DNA of 64,000 nucleotides from Mobula hypostoma (Eukaryota): the NCBI RefSeq assembly GCF_963921235.1, contig NC_086097.1:238950001-239014000 (forward strand). Reading direction: 5' to 3'. Every line of letters starts with the position of its first letter. The first letter of the stretch is position 1. Made by a program: the position numbers and the translations under genes. Below the pieces are notes generated by a model, which saw only the letters and a list, made by a program, of their open reading frames with translations, was not told where the DNA came from and did not search any database. Shown here in pieces: positions 1-12,783 of the stretch.

Positions 1-399
1 TGGGCTCTTATCTTGTTAAGTAGCCTCATGTGTGACTGATGTAGAGCAGGCTGCACCAGGAGTACCATATATAATCAATGACCCGACACAAATTGGGAGA
101 CAAAGTCCTGACAAAGCAGACATGGCAACCTGTCTTTCAGCAGGTTTAGTTAACTTCCCATAGCCATTCCCATTCATAGAGGCTTAGTGAATGTCACAGT
201 TCACTGCTTTGTTTCCTGGAATTCTTGGGCATTTGCCCATTCTGTGTCGGGCATCACAGTGGAACAATTTGGATTACAGCATGGGACGAAACCAGAATCA
301 AAATAATTTCCAACTCAGCTTCAAAGTCTCCTGGCTCTGTCTTGCCATGTAACACGGCTCAGGTCTTCTTGATCTAACCTTCTGCCTGAAAGACTCTGA

Positions 400-920
400 C
401 AAATTTCTACAGATTTACCATAGAGAGCATTCTTACTGGTTGCATTACCTTCTGGTGTGGAGGCACAAATGCACAGGATTGGAACAAGCTGCAGAGGTTT
501 ATAAGCTCAGCCAGTTCCATTATGAGCACTAGCCTCCCCACCATCAAGAACATCTTCAATAGGTGATGTCTCAAAAAGGCAGCATCCATCAACAAGGACT
601 CCTCTCATCCAGGAAATGCTCTCTTCTTATTTCTGCCATCAAAGAGAAGATACAGGAGCCTGAAGACACATACTCATTGTTTTGGAAAAGGTTTCTTCTC
701 CACCATCAGAGTTCTGAATAGACAGTGAACCAACCTTTGGACACTCTCTCACTATATTTAGTCTTGTTTTGCTCTACTTATTTGATTTAATGTTTTTATA
801 CTGCCTATAGTATCTCTTATTGTAATTTATAGTATTGCAATTTATATATTCCACTATACTGCTGCCACAAAACAACAAATTTCATGACATATGTCAATGA
901 TATTAAACCTGATTCTGATC
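400..920 (+). mobile_element. Rex1/Babar-type LINE, decayed 3' fragment
   Basis: Encodes the remnant FYRFTIESILTGCITFW typical of the Rex1 ORF C-terminus; ends in ATTAAACCTGATTCTGAT, a tail also seen at 32090-32115. Confidence 0.7.
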
Positions 921-1004
921 ACTACCCATTGCTCTCACCTACTGAGTTTCACCTGTGTTACTTACCACTTGCCAAATTTAGCTTACTGTGCTTTTTTATA
1001 TTGA

Positions 1005-2005
1005 TAACTGTTGGATCATTTCGATTTGGTCGACATCTTCTGGATGGATCATGAAACCATCCTTTTCACTTCTTTTATGTCTTTTCCATTTTGTTTCTTG
1101 TCTTCAACGTGATTTTGAAACTATTGGAGCTCGTGTTTCGTTGTTTGGAGATCGTTTGAGTGTTTCATCACTCTACAGTCTCCGGGAGGATTCCAGGAGG
1201 CAGAGGTAGCATGAATGAGCCTTGTGGTGAGAAGACTGCAGGTTGGTGCGTGAGCCAATGTTTGACCCAATATCTCCAATTAAAGTCTCCATTATTTGCT
1301 GATTAGAGCAACGAGGGTGATTGAAATATCATGGCAAATGCAGAAGTTTGGAGATCACTTGGGCGTTTCAGCATTCGGTAAGTCTCCGATAGGATTCTGG
1401 GAGGCAGCTTGTGCGAGCCTTATAGGGGGCAAAATGCAGGATGGGTGCAAGCCAATGCTTGGCTCCATTTCGCCGATTAAAGCTCCCGTTGCTCGCCGAT
1501 TAAAGCAACAAGGTAGATTGAAACGTCGAAGCGAGTGCAGAGGGTGAGTACCGGCTGCCTGTCTGTTGATCAGTTACACTGTCCTTGCTGCTGTGCATGG
1601 GCCGGAGAGTATTGCCAAGGTTTTTTCTGCATTTTGGAGCGGACTTTGGATTTTAGACTCTATTTTTCAGTCTTATAGTTTTTATGATCTGTGATTTTTT
1701 TCACCTGATCTTTTTGTTTTTTTTTGCATGGGGATGGGGATTTGGGGGTTCATGTGCCTGATCTGTTTTGTTTGGTGTTCTTCTTTGCGGATGAAGGGAT
1801 TTGGAGGTTGATGTGCCTATCCTGGTCTGTTTTTTGCTGGGGTTGATGTGTTCGTTCTGCTTCTGTTCTTTTTTCTGAGGGGAAGTGGGATTTGGGAGTT
1901 GATAATTGTGCTGCCTTTCTTTTCATTCATGGTTTCACGGCTACACAGAGAACTGAAGAATTTCAGAGTTGTACACTTTGATAATAAATGAATCCTTGAA
2001 TCTTT
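1005..2005 (+). mobile_element. Non-coding LINE-tailed repeat (family B)
   Basis: No credible ORF; internal duplications; ends GAATTTCAGAGTTGTACACTTTGATAATAAATGAATCCTTGAATC. A reverse-complement relative of this tail is at about 14080-14155. Confidence 0.5.
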
Positions 2006-2427
2006 AAAATGAATGGAAAGTGAGAGGACGGAGAATACAGTCAATCAGTCATATTTACCCATATTAAGGCAATTATTAATGATACAAACAAAAGGTAATG
2101 TAAACTTGGGCATACATCACACCTCCAATCATATTTTCTATTCTGTAAACATCTAAGCTCAATTACTTACTGGGAGTACTATGCCACAAAACAGAAGGAA
2201 GTCATACACCCATTCCTTTATGACTCCTTTCACGACTATTAGCACTATTGCCAATCCCCCATGCTTAGCTGAATTTCAGGGAACTTTTCTCTTCAACCTC
2301 CGCAGAGGCCCCTGCTATCTCATAATCTCTATCTCACCCACCAGCTAAGTAGCAATTCAAAGTCCCTGTGGGAACCTCCCTTCACAGATGGGACTTTGAA
2401 TTGAAATAGCCCAAGCTTCTTACACTA

Positions 2428-2612
2428 CAACAGGAATTCTGCAGATGCTGGAAATTCAAGCAACACACATAAAAGTTGCTGGTGAACGCAGCAGGCCAGG
2501 CAGCATCTCTTGGAAGACCCTGATGAAAGGTCTCGGCCTGAAACGTCAACTGCACCTCTTCCTAGGGATGCTGCCTGGCCTGCTGCATTCACCAGCAACT
2601 TTTATGTGTGTT
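2428..2612. mobile_element. Palindromic PLE-terminus insertion with hammerhead core
   Basis: 50-bp inverted arms (2458-2507, 2567-2616; 1 mismatch). Flanked by GCTTCTTACACTA (2415-2427) and GCTTCTTACTCTA (2613-2625). Confidence 0.75.
2520..2547 (+). ncRNA. Minimal hammerhead ribozyme core (stem I truncated)
   Basis: CTGATGA-A-AGGT(CTCG)GCCT-GAAAC-GTC. Confidence 0.6.
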
Positions 2613-2849
2613 GCTTCTTACTCTATAGATGGTTTTGGCTCAAGATACAGAAATATAAAGAATTGAAGGTATGAAGTCATTATTAAGATGAGAGGTTGAA
2701 TATATTCTGTGAAAATGCTGACTTCGTGTTTCATTTAGAAACTTACTGTAAATCCACAATAACCATACAGCTGAAGGCTGATAGTTCCCATATTAAGGAT
2801 GTCATAATGTATGGTATGCAATTGCTACTTTATTATCAATTATAGTGAT

Positions 2850-3295
2850 TGGTGCATTGTTTTACAGCACTATCAATCAGCAATCAAGGTTGAACTCCTG
2901 CCACTGCCTCCACATTCTCCCTTGACCACATGGATTTAGTCAGGGCATGAAGGGCTACAGGAAGAAGGCAGGAGACTGGGACTGAAGGGGAAATGGATCA
3001 AGCCATTATAAAATGCCAGAGCAGACTCAATGGTCCAAATGGCCTCATTCTCTTCCTATACCGATGATCTTAAAGTCTTATGGGATTTGTCCAGGTCCTC
3101 CATATTCCTTGCACATTCAACGATGTGTGGCTTAGGGTTATTGAGTTGTGGGCATGCTATTTTGGCACTGGGAGCATGGTAATATTTGCAGGTGCCCAGC
3201 AAAATCCTTGCCGATTTCATTTGACTCAAGTGACACATTTCACTGTATGTCTTGATGACCATGTGACAAATAAAGTTAATATATCTATCTCTTTA
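2850..3295 (+). mobile_element. V-SINE-like element split by a CR1 3' fragment (about 2935-3075)
   Basis: Head and tail match the SINE at 49810-50120 (tail ATGTGACAAATAAAG); the middle part resembles a CR1 3' UTR. Confidence 0.55.
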
Positions 3296-3351
3296 AATTT
3301 GATAGTATAGAATCTACCTCAGATATTTCCAAAAATCATTCAGTGTTTTTC

Positions 3352-3455
3352 AAAACAACACACAAAAAATGCGGAAGGAATCCAGCAGGCCAAGCAGTAT
3401 CTATGGAAAGGAGTAAACAGTCGATATTTTGAGCTGAGACACTTCTTCAGGACTT
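3352..3455 (-). mobile_element. PLE terminal fragment, decayed
   Basis: Reverse complement of the hammerhead-bearing terminus seen at 51280-51400. Confidence 0.6.
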
Positions 3456-3611
3456 TTTTTCAGGAGTGTTTTTCAAAATTACTTCCATTGGCATTTTTAT
3501 CAATAATTAATTTTAATATCCAGATTGAGTATCCAAGAAAAACATTTTATAGTAATACAGGAAAATGTAGCTAGAAAAATGTTTTCAATGAATGTTTTTC
3601 TTGTTTTGTGA

Positions 3612-3850
3612 AACAGACCGTTTTAGCTCAATGAGCCACCGTACCCTGCAAACCACCTATTAAACGTAAGACTAGTCGCAGAACAATTTACAATGACCAA
3701 TTATCCTATCAACCTGGATGTCTTTGGACTGTGGGAGGAAACCAGAGCACCTGGAGGAAACCCATGTGGTCACATGGAAAACATTCAAACTCCTGACAGA
3801 CTGCACTAGAATTGAACTCTGAACTCCAATCCTCCCAGGTATATAGTGTC
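3612..3850 (-). mobile_element. tRNA-derived V-SINE (HE1-like)
   Basis: Minus strand carries the V-domain motif GGAGTTTGAATGTTTTCCATGTGACCACATGGGTTTCCTCCAGGTGCTCTGGTTTCCTCCCACAGTCCAAAGAC. Confidence 0.7.
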
Positions 3851-4097
3851 GTGGGACTCTTACATTTGTGCATATATTAAAAGCCTACAGTTCAAATGAA
3901 AGAAGAATAAAGTATTCACCCCCATTTGAAGTATTCTTGTTTTATTGTTTTACAATATTCAATCACAATGGATTTAATTTGGCTTTTTTTGACACTGATC
4001 AACTGAGAAAAGACTCCTTAGCATCAAAGAGAAGACAGATCTCTAAAAAGTGATCTAAATTAATTAAAATTATAAAAAAATGATTGATTACATAAGT

Positions 4098-4586
4098 TGT
4101 TCGTCCATCATTGACGTCGATGAGGGCCTCGACACCATTATGATGGTGTCGAGACTAGCGCGTGATTTGGATTTAAGTGAGGGAGATTTGCGCAGCGTCA
4201 GCCTCACTCTCTCTTCCCAATTTCCATATGGATCCGGTGGCAAGACAGAGTCTAGACGGCTGGAGTTGGGACTAGGCGCAGCGGATGACCAGGACGCCTT
4301 CTGTGTCTTGTCCTGCTCTACACATTCCATGACGCTTGCAGAGACCGCCTTCTTGGCCATTGGACCTTCCATTGGTCTCGTCCGCTCAATCCGCCGGAAT
4401 CTGTCTTCACATGCTGGGATAGACAACTCCCTATCTCACCGAGGGTTTGAGACCCGTTGGCTACCCTCACCTGGTTTAGCCAGCTTGTCGAAGCCGTTGC
4501 CCGGGGTGTGGCCGCTGTCGCATGCAAACAGCTACGGAGAGCCACAGGTGAGAGCTGAGTGCCAGGTGGGGACCAAAGGTGGACTA
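4098..4586 (-). mobile_element. Non-autonomous retroelement, probably RTE-derived
   Basis: 489-bp GC-rich insert with perfect 8-bp TSD ACATAAGT (4090-4097, 4587-4594). RTE assignment rests on recalled resemblance to RTE UTRs. Confidence 0.65.
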
Positions 4587-4766
4587 ACATAAGTATTCAC
4601 CCCTTTTAATGGTGCAGCCAATTGGTTTTAGAAGTCACATAATTAGTTAAGGTGTCCTAGCTATATATAAATCTATCTGCAGTCAAGGTGTTTCAATTGT
4701 AAAAATATATCTGTTTCTGGAAGTCTGAACTGTTGGTCATTCAGGATCCTGGCAAAAAACTACACC

Positions 4767-5725
4767 ATGAAGACAAAAGAACATGCCAAGCAACTCCATG
4801 AGCATGTTATTGAAAAGCAAAAGTCAGGAGATGGACACAAGAAAATTTCCAAGTCACTGAATATCCTTTGGAGTACAGTTATGTCAATCATCAAAAAATG
4901 GAAAGAATATGGCAGAGCTGTAAATCTGCTGAGAGCAGGTAGTCCTCAAAAACTGCGTGACTGTTCAAGAAGGGGGCTAGTGAAGAAGGTCACCAAGACA
5001 CCCAAGACAACTCTGGAGGAGATGCGAGCTTCAGTGGCTGAGATAGGAGAGACTGCGCATACAACTGTTACACGGGTGGTTCATCAGGCGCAGCTTTTTG
5101 AAAGAGTAGCAAAGAGAAAGCAACTCTTGAAAACAGCTCACATGAAATCTCGGCCAGAGTTTGCCAGAAGGCATGTGGGAGAATCTGAACTCGACTGGAA
5201 GAAGGTTCCAGTTGAGCTTTTTGGCCATCAGAAAGCAACACCATGTTTGGCGTAAACCTAACATTGCACATCATCAAAAACACACCATCCGTACCATGAA
5301 GTACGGTGGCAGTGCATCAGGCTGTGGAGGTGCTTCACTGCAGCAGGCCCTGGAAGGCTTGTGAAAGTAGATGGGAAAATAAATGCAGCAAAATAAGGAA
5401 ATCCTGGTGGAAAACCTAATGCAGTCTGCAAGGGAACTACCACTTGGGAGAAGATTTGTTTTCCAGCAAGACAACAACCCCAAGCAAAAAGCCAAAGCTG
5501 CACAGGGGTGCCTTAGAAACAACACATATAATGTCCTGGAGTGGCGAAATCAAAGTCCAATCCAACTGAGAATTTGTGGCTGGACTTGAAAATGGCTGTT
5601 CACTCATGATCTCCAAGCAATCTGACCGAGCTTAAGTAGTTTTGTAAAGAATATGGGGAAAAATTGCAGTGTCCAGATGTGCAAAGCTGATAGAGACCTT
5701 TCCACATAGACTCAAGGCATCTCTT
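4767..5725 (+). pseudogene. Tc1 transposase, frameshifted
   Basis: HTH region MKTKEH...KKISKSLNI..STV.SIIKKWK, then TMKYGG, FVFQQDNNPK and LEWRNQSP spread over different frames. The first catalytic motif (WSDE) is missing. Confidence 0.9.
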
Positions 5726-6489
5726 AAATAGTCACTTGAAGGGAGTGAATACTTATGCAATCAATTATTTAGTGTTTAATAATTGTGATAATTTTAGACC
5801 AATTTGTAGATTTTTTGATTTTTTTCTCTTTGATATGAAAGATTATTTTCTATTGATCAGTGTCAAAAAAGCCAAGTTAAATCCATGGTGATTCAATGTT
5901 GTAAAACAATAAAACATGAAAAATTCCAGGGGGTTGAATACTTTTTATAGGCACTGTAAATATATACTATATCTTAACTGGGATTTCATGAACATCCCAT
6001 TGCAAAATATAAGCTGCTCATAACAGAAAAACATATAGTAACAGATGTTCATTTGTGATAGACGTCAGGAAACAAATTACTCTTAAAGTTGAGATTATCT
6101 TAATGGAATGTTTATTTTCAATTTTTTTAAAAAATTCAATAAACCATATCTGAGGCTTAATGATTCTTTCATATAAAACTTCAAAATTGCACAGAAAGTA
6201 AAATCTAATTGCACAATACAATATCAATTTGTGTTCATTTATGTTTGAGACAACAGTAATAAAAATTTCCCATAACTATTAACAAGCTTGAGTGAATGGA
6301 AGGGGGAGTAGGGACTTCAAGGCTTCAATGTTATGAATGTTCTATGGGGTTTCTTTGTTTTGAGGATGTCTGTCAAGAGGACAAATTTCAGGCTGTATAC
6401 TCTGATATTAAATGTACTTTGAAATTTTGAAGCTTAAGTGCTTGTGATTCATAGTTCAAAATGCAGGGATTTTCCTAGTAAGACAAATT

Positions 6490-6975
6490 GGGAATATGAA
6501 GGGATTAACCTATGAGGAGAGATTGAGTCGCCTGGGACTATACTCTCCGGGGTTCAGAAGAATGAGAGGGGATCTTATGGAAATATACAAAATTTTGAAA
6601 GGGATAGATAAGATACAAGTAGGAAAGTTGTTTCCATTAGTAGGTGAGACGAGAACTGGGGGACATTGCCTCAAGATTCAGGGGAGAAGATTTAGGATGG
6701 AGATGAGGAGAAACTGTTTTTTCCGGAGAGTGGTGAATCTGTGGAATTCTCTGCCCAGGGAAGCAGTTGAAGCTTCTTCACTAAATATATTTAAGATACA
6801 GTCAGATAGGTTTTTATATAGTAAGGGAATTAAGGGTTATGGGGAAAAGGCAGGTAGATGGAGCTGAGTTTACAAACAGATCAGTCATGATCTTATTGAA
6901 TTGCAGGGCAGGCTCGATGGGCCAGATGGCCTACTTCTGCTCCTATTTCTTATGTTGTTATGTTATGTTCTTATG
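6490..6975 (+). mobile_element. CR1 LINE 3' fragment
   Basis: ORF 6496-6867 (GLTYEERLSRLGLYS...RRMRGDL...RVVNLWNSLP) followed by a TTATG-repeat tail. Confidence 0.9.
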
Positions 6976-7430
6976 AATCTGACATAGTACATGAAAATAT
7001 GTGCACAGGTAGATGTGGAAGCTTGATTCTTTAAAGTTGGGAAGTGATCCTAATTAACGTAGAAAAAGAACTTACTATGAAGTCTAGATTTTAACTTCCA
7101 TTAATCCACTGGTCATCACACAATGAACTTCTTATGAAATGCTAATAGTGTGGAACTACGGGCATCTTTCTCCATAAGTGCCGGGAAGCTTGGGATTCCC
7201 AAGCAAAAATGTATAAAGGTGACAATCTGAAACTCCTGAGTCATGCTGAGGGCAATTTCCCAATTTCTCAAGAAGTCCAACAGCAGGGGGGGCGTCACGT
7301 GATGACGTGAGATTGAGACGTGTAAATCCAGCTCTCCCGCAACATATCAGTAAAGTACCGTTTAAACAAAACAAAGTTAATAGATGTTTTCTGAAAACTA
7401 TTTATAAACTTTGTAAGACTACTTTACGAT

Positions 7431-8530
7431 ATGCCTCCTAAACCGCAACAAAAGAAGTCTACTGTTGTGAAGCAGCCGCGAGAGGGGAAGAAAAAAGGGC
7501 CTACTGCAACGATGGAGCCTCGGACTCAGGTTGGATCTCCTTCGGTAGAACAGGGAGCAATGGCGGTGGTAACGGGTTCTTCGAAGAAGACACCGGAAAT
7601 GCGCATGCGCAAATCGACACAACGCAAACTACAAGAACCGACAGCCACTGCAATTGAAAGTGACTCAGAGTCAGAATTGGATTCTGCAGAGAACACAGAT
7701 GAAGAAGAGGAGGAAGAATTGGAAGCGATTGGAAGTAAAGGAGATGATAGAGACATAAGAGAGGCTATATTGCAATTAACGGCTGAACTAAGAAAAGTAA
7801 GAGAAGAGCTTAGAGATACGAAGATGAGCTATAATAAAGTTATGGAAAGGCAGGACAAAATGGATAAGAAGCTTCAAAAGATGGAAAGAGCAATGGGGCA
7901 CATGAATGATAGAGTGGAAAAAACAGAAAATGATCTGCTTGTCTGGAACTCGGAAAGAAATCGACTCTTGGAGAAAGTGGACATGTTGGAAAATTTCAGT
8001 AGACGTAATAATATTAAAATTGTTGGTCTTAAAGAAGGTACTGAGGGAGAAAAACCAATAGAATTTTCTCAAAAATGGATCCCGGATGTTTTGCAAATGG
8101 AAGAGGAGGTTCGACCAATTGAAATTGAGCGGGCACATAGAGCTCTAAGACCAAAACCAAAAGCTGACCAATATCTACGATCGATTTTAATAAAATTCTT
8201 AAGATTTCAAGACAAGGAAAGGATTCTACAGGCAGCTGCTCGAGCTGCCAAGGATAGAAAAGGGCCATTGATAATTAAAGGGAACAAAATTTTTTTCTAC
8301 CCTGATATAAGTTATGAACTTTTGAAGAGAAGGAAGAAATTTAATCCAGTAAAAAAAAAACCTATGGGATCATGGTTATCAATTTATACTGCGTTATCCT
8401 GCAACCTTGAAGATTTTTTTGCCTGGTGGAGAAAAAAGATATTTTGATGACTACCAGAAAGCAGAGCAGTTTGTGCGAGATTCTCTGAATATTCACCAGA
8501 TACAAGAACAAATCCAGGGGAGCGAGATAG
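7431..8530 (+). pseudogene. L1 ORF1p (coiled coil, RRM, CTD), one frameshift
   Basis: LENFSRRNNIKIVGLKEG, IERAHR and IFFYPDIS motifs. Frameshift in the A10 run (8351-8360); the other frame continues LRYPATLKIF to TAG at 8528-8530. Confidence 0.9.
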
Positions 8531-9007
8531 ATTGAAGATGAAGATTGGGTTAAAGAATGGACTTGTTGGATTTTTGAAGCTGGATGAATGTATAAATATA
8601 TCATTAATTATACGAGGGGGGTAAGAAAGGTTAAAACTGGAGGAATATTAGTTGGGAATAGTAACATTAATTTTGCCTATATATATATAATTTTTTTTGT
8701 TGCGGGGGAGCTGGAAGAAGCACTGATCGATTGCTACGCTAATCATGTGTGCAAGCGTGGCTTTTGCCACGACCCGTAAAATGGAGGGGGGTAGGTAGTG
8801 TTGTGTACCTTTTCATTCACAACATTAGTGGGGGGGTATTTTGTTTTTTCTTTTTTTATATTCTTTCTATCTTTTCTTTTCTTTTTGCCTGGAAGGTTGG
8901 GAGGGAAACACATAGCAACATGGTGAAGTTTAAAGAGATTCCCCAAGGAACTATGAGAGTTGAGAAGATAAGTAATGTTTTAGATTGGAGTAACTTTGTT
9001 AAGAATA

Positions 9008-12000
9008 ATGACTAATTTATTGAATTTTTTGAGTTTTAATGTTAATGGACTTAATGGACCAGTGAAAAGAAAAAGAATCTAAACACATATTAAAAAAATG
9101 AAGATAGATTTAGCTTTTTTACAGGAAACGCACCTAACAGAAACAGAACATCAGAAACTAAAGAGAGATTGGGTGGGAAGTGTTGTTGCGGCTTCATTTA
9201 ATTCAAAAGTGAGGGGAGTAGCAATTTTGATCAATAAAACGTTACCAATTAGAATACAAAATGTAATAACTGATTCTGCGGGGAGATATGTGATTATACA
9301 TTGTCAACTTTTTTCTGAATTATGGACTTTTATGAATATTTATGCACCAAACGAAAATGATGCAAAATTCATACAAGAAGCTTTTCTGAATTTGGCGCAT
9401 GCACATGAAAAAATATTAATTGGAGGAGACTTTAATTTTTGCTTAGACCCAGTCTTAGATAGATCAACCAAGGCTGTTATAAAATCGAAGGTAGTAAATT
9501 TAACTTTATCATTGATGAAGGATTTAAATTTGATTGATATATGGAGAAGAATCAATCCTAAAGAAAGAGACTATTCGTTCTATTCCCATAGACATAAAAC
9601 TTACTCAAGGATAGATTTGTTTCTATTATCAATGCATATTCAACACAGAGTGAAAAATATGGAATATAAAGCAAGAATATTATCAGATCATTCCCCTTTA
9701 TTAATGACAATAATGATGGCTGATAAGGAAGAAGTGGCTTATAGATGGAGATTTAATTCAACATTATTAAAACGTCAAGATTTCTGTGATTTTATGAAAA
9801 AGCAGATTCAATTTTTTTTGGATACAAATTTTCATTCAGTGGATGATAAATTTATATTATGGGATGCGATGAAAGCATATCTTAGGGGCCAGATAATAAG
9901 TTATACGTCTAAAATTAAGAAAGAATATATGGCAGAACTAGATCAATTGGAAAAAGAGATTACAAAAATAGAAAAAGAATCTCAAAGATATATGTCAGAA
10001 GAAAAACGAAGACAACTTGTCAATAAGAAGTTACAATATAATACGCTTCAGACATATAGAATGGAAAAAGCAATTATAAGAACTAAACAAAGGTATTATG
10101 AGTTAGGTGAGAGAGCACATAAAATTCTTGCTGGCAGTTGAAAACAGAACAAGCTTCCAAAACAATAAATGCAATTAGAACAAGGGCAAATAAAGTATCT
10201 TATAAACCTCTTGAAATAAATGAAACTTTTAAAAATTTCTATTCTGAATTATATCAATCAGAATCCCAAAATGATGTTAATGAGATAGAAAGGTTTTTAT
10301 CACAAATTTCTCTTCCAAAATTGAATTTGGAAGAACAGAAGGGATTAGATATGCCTTTTACATTAAAAGAAGTTGAAGAAGCTTTAGGATCACTCCAAAG
10401 TAATAAATCTCCAGGAGAAGATGGTTTTTCACCTGAATTTTATAAAAAATTTAAAGATTTATTATTTCCTCTTTTTATGGAACTAATACGTCAAGCAGAA
10501 AAAATACATAAACTTCCAGAATCTTTTTCAACAGCGATTGTAATAGTATTGCCAAAAAGAGACAGAGACCCTATGAAACCAACATCATACAGGCCTATTT
10601 CTTTATTGAATACGGATTATAAAATAATAGCAAAAATTTTATCGAATAGATTATCTAAATATTTACCAAAATTAATACATATGGATCAAACAGGATTTAT
10701 TAAAAATAGACAATTGGCAGATAATGTAACCCGGCTACTCAGTATAATTCATTTGGCACAAAAAAAGGATGAGAAGAGTATAGTAGTAGCCTTGGATGCA
10801 GAAAAAGCATTTGATAGATTAGAATGGGATTTTTTATTTAAAGTATTAGAAAAATATGGGTTAGGAACATCTTTTATAAATTGGATTAAAACTTTAAATT
10901 GTAACCCTAAAGCTAAAGTAGTGACAAATTCTCAAATTTCAACACCATTCCAGTTAAAAAGGTCAACTAGACAAGGTTGTCCATTATCACCTGCTTTATT
11001 TGTACTGGCGATAGAGCCATTAGCAGAACTAATCAGAATTGATCCAGATATTATGGGTTTTAGAGTTAATCAGGAGGAATATAAAATTAATCTTTTTGCC
11101 GATGATGTTTTGATCTATTTAACAAACCCACAACATTCGTTACATAAATTATCTTCTAGATTGGATGAATATGGGAAGGTATCAGGTTACAAAATAAATT
11201 GGAATAAAAGTGAAATTTTACCTCTTACTAAAGGAGACTATAGTCAATGTCGATTAGTAACCCAATTTAGATGGCCAGTAAATGGTATAAAGTATTTAGG
11301 TATAAGACTTGATAATGATGTAAAGAATTTATATAAATTTAATTATTTACCACTGTTGAAAAAAATTCAAGAAGATTTTGACAAATGGATGATACTACCA
11401 ATAACATTAGTAGGTAGAGTCAATGTTGTATAAATGAATATATTTCCTAGATTACAGTATTTGTTTCAAACATTACCAATACAATTGCCACAGAAATTTT
11501 TTCAGGAGTTAAATAAATGTGTGAGAAAATTTCTTTGGAAAGGTTAAATGTCAAGAATATCATTAGAAAAATTGACATGTAAATTTAGGTTAGGAGGGTT
11601 ACAACTTCCAAACTTTAAAAACTATTATAAAGCAAATCAACTTAGATTTATTGCATCTTTCTTCGATGATCAAAACCCAGCATGGATTAAAATAGAACTA
11701 GATAAGATAGGAGAAAATAGACCTGAAGATTTTATATATAAATGGGAATCTAAATGGATACGGGAAAAGAAAGAATCTCCTATATTAACACATTTGATTG
11801 ACTTATGGAATAAGATAAATGTTGATAATGAAACACAGAAATCTCTATTAGCAAGGAGACCTTTGTTTCAAAACAGACTTATTCCTTTTACAATGGACAA
11901 TCAACTTTTATATAATTGGTACCAAAAAGGGATTAAATTTATAGGAGATTGTTTTGAACGAGGTATATTGATGTCATTTGAACAATTAAAGGATAAATAT

Positions 12001-12783
12001 AAAATATCTAATAATACTTTCTTTTGTTACTTTCAATTAAGGGCTTACTTAAAAGGTAAGCTGGGTCAAACAATGTTTTTGCCAAAACCTAATGAAATTG
12101 AAATTTTAATTCAAAAAGGGAAAACTAAAAAATTTATTTCTTGTATGTATAATTTGATTCAAGAACAGACAATTAAACAAGGAACCCATAAGTCAAAGCA
12201 AAATTGGGAAACAGATTTGAATATTAATATTGATGAAACAAATTGGTCAAGATTCTGTCTTGACAGTATGACAAATACAATAAATGTTCGACTTAGATTA
12301 GTACAATATAATTTTTTACACCAATTATATATTACACCACAAAAAATAAATAGATTAAATTCAAATCAATCTGATAAATGCTTTCGGTGTAATCAAGAAA
12401 TTGGTACTTTTTTACATTCTACTTGGTCTTGTTTTAAAATTCAACCCTTTTGGATAAATTTAAGAGTCTTATTGGAACAAATTACTGGAACTCAACTTCC
12501 ACATAACCCTATATTATTTCTATTAGGTGATATTGAAGGGATAAAACCAAAACTTAAATTGAATAAATATCAGAAAGAATTTATAAAAATTGCATTGGCA
12601 GTAGCTAAGAAGACTATAGCAGTTACTTGGAAATCTGATTCGTATTTAAGTATGGATCGTTGGAATAATGAAATGGCTAGTTCTATTCCACTCGAAAAAA
12701 TTACTTATAATTTAAGAGATAAATATGTAACATTTTTGAATATTTGGCGCCCTTATTTACAAAAGATAGGATGGCATATTTAA
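9008..12783 (+). pseudogene. L1 ORF2p (APE endonuclease, RT, CCHC knuckle), disabled
   Basis: SFNVNGL, FLQETH, GGDFN, SDHSP; YRPISLLN, LDAEKAFD, RQGCPLSP, LFADD; CFRC..HSTWSC. Stops at 9080, 11431 and 11545; frameshift near 10130. Confidence 0.95.

Larger units (their letters stand above)
3888..5956 (+). mobile_element. Tc1 DNA transposon (IR/DR type), decayed
   Basis: TA|CAGT at the left end and CACTG|TA at the right end; long imperfect inverted repeats (about 3910-4095 vs 5745-5945) with internal AAGTATTCACCCC direct repeats; transposase remnants inside. Confidence 0.9.

Noticed and set aside
4080..4592. 170-aa ORF and overlapping minus-strand ORFs
   Set aside because: Coincide with the GC-rich TSD-bounded insert and show no recognisable domain.
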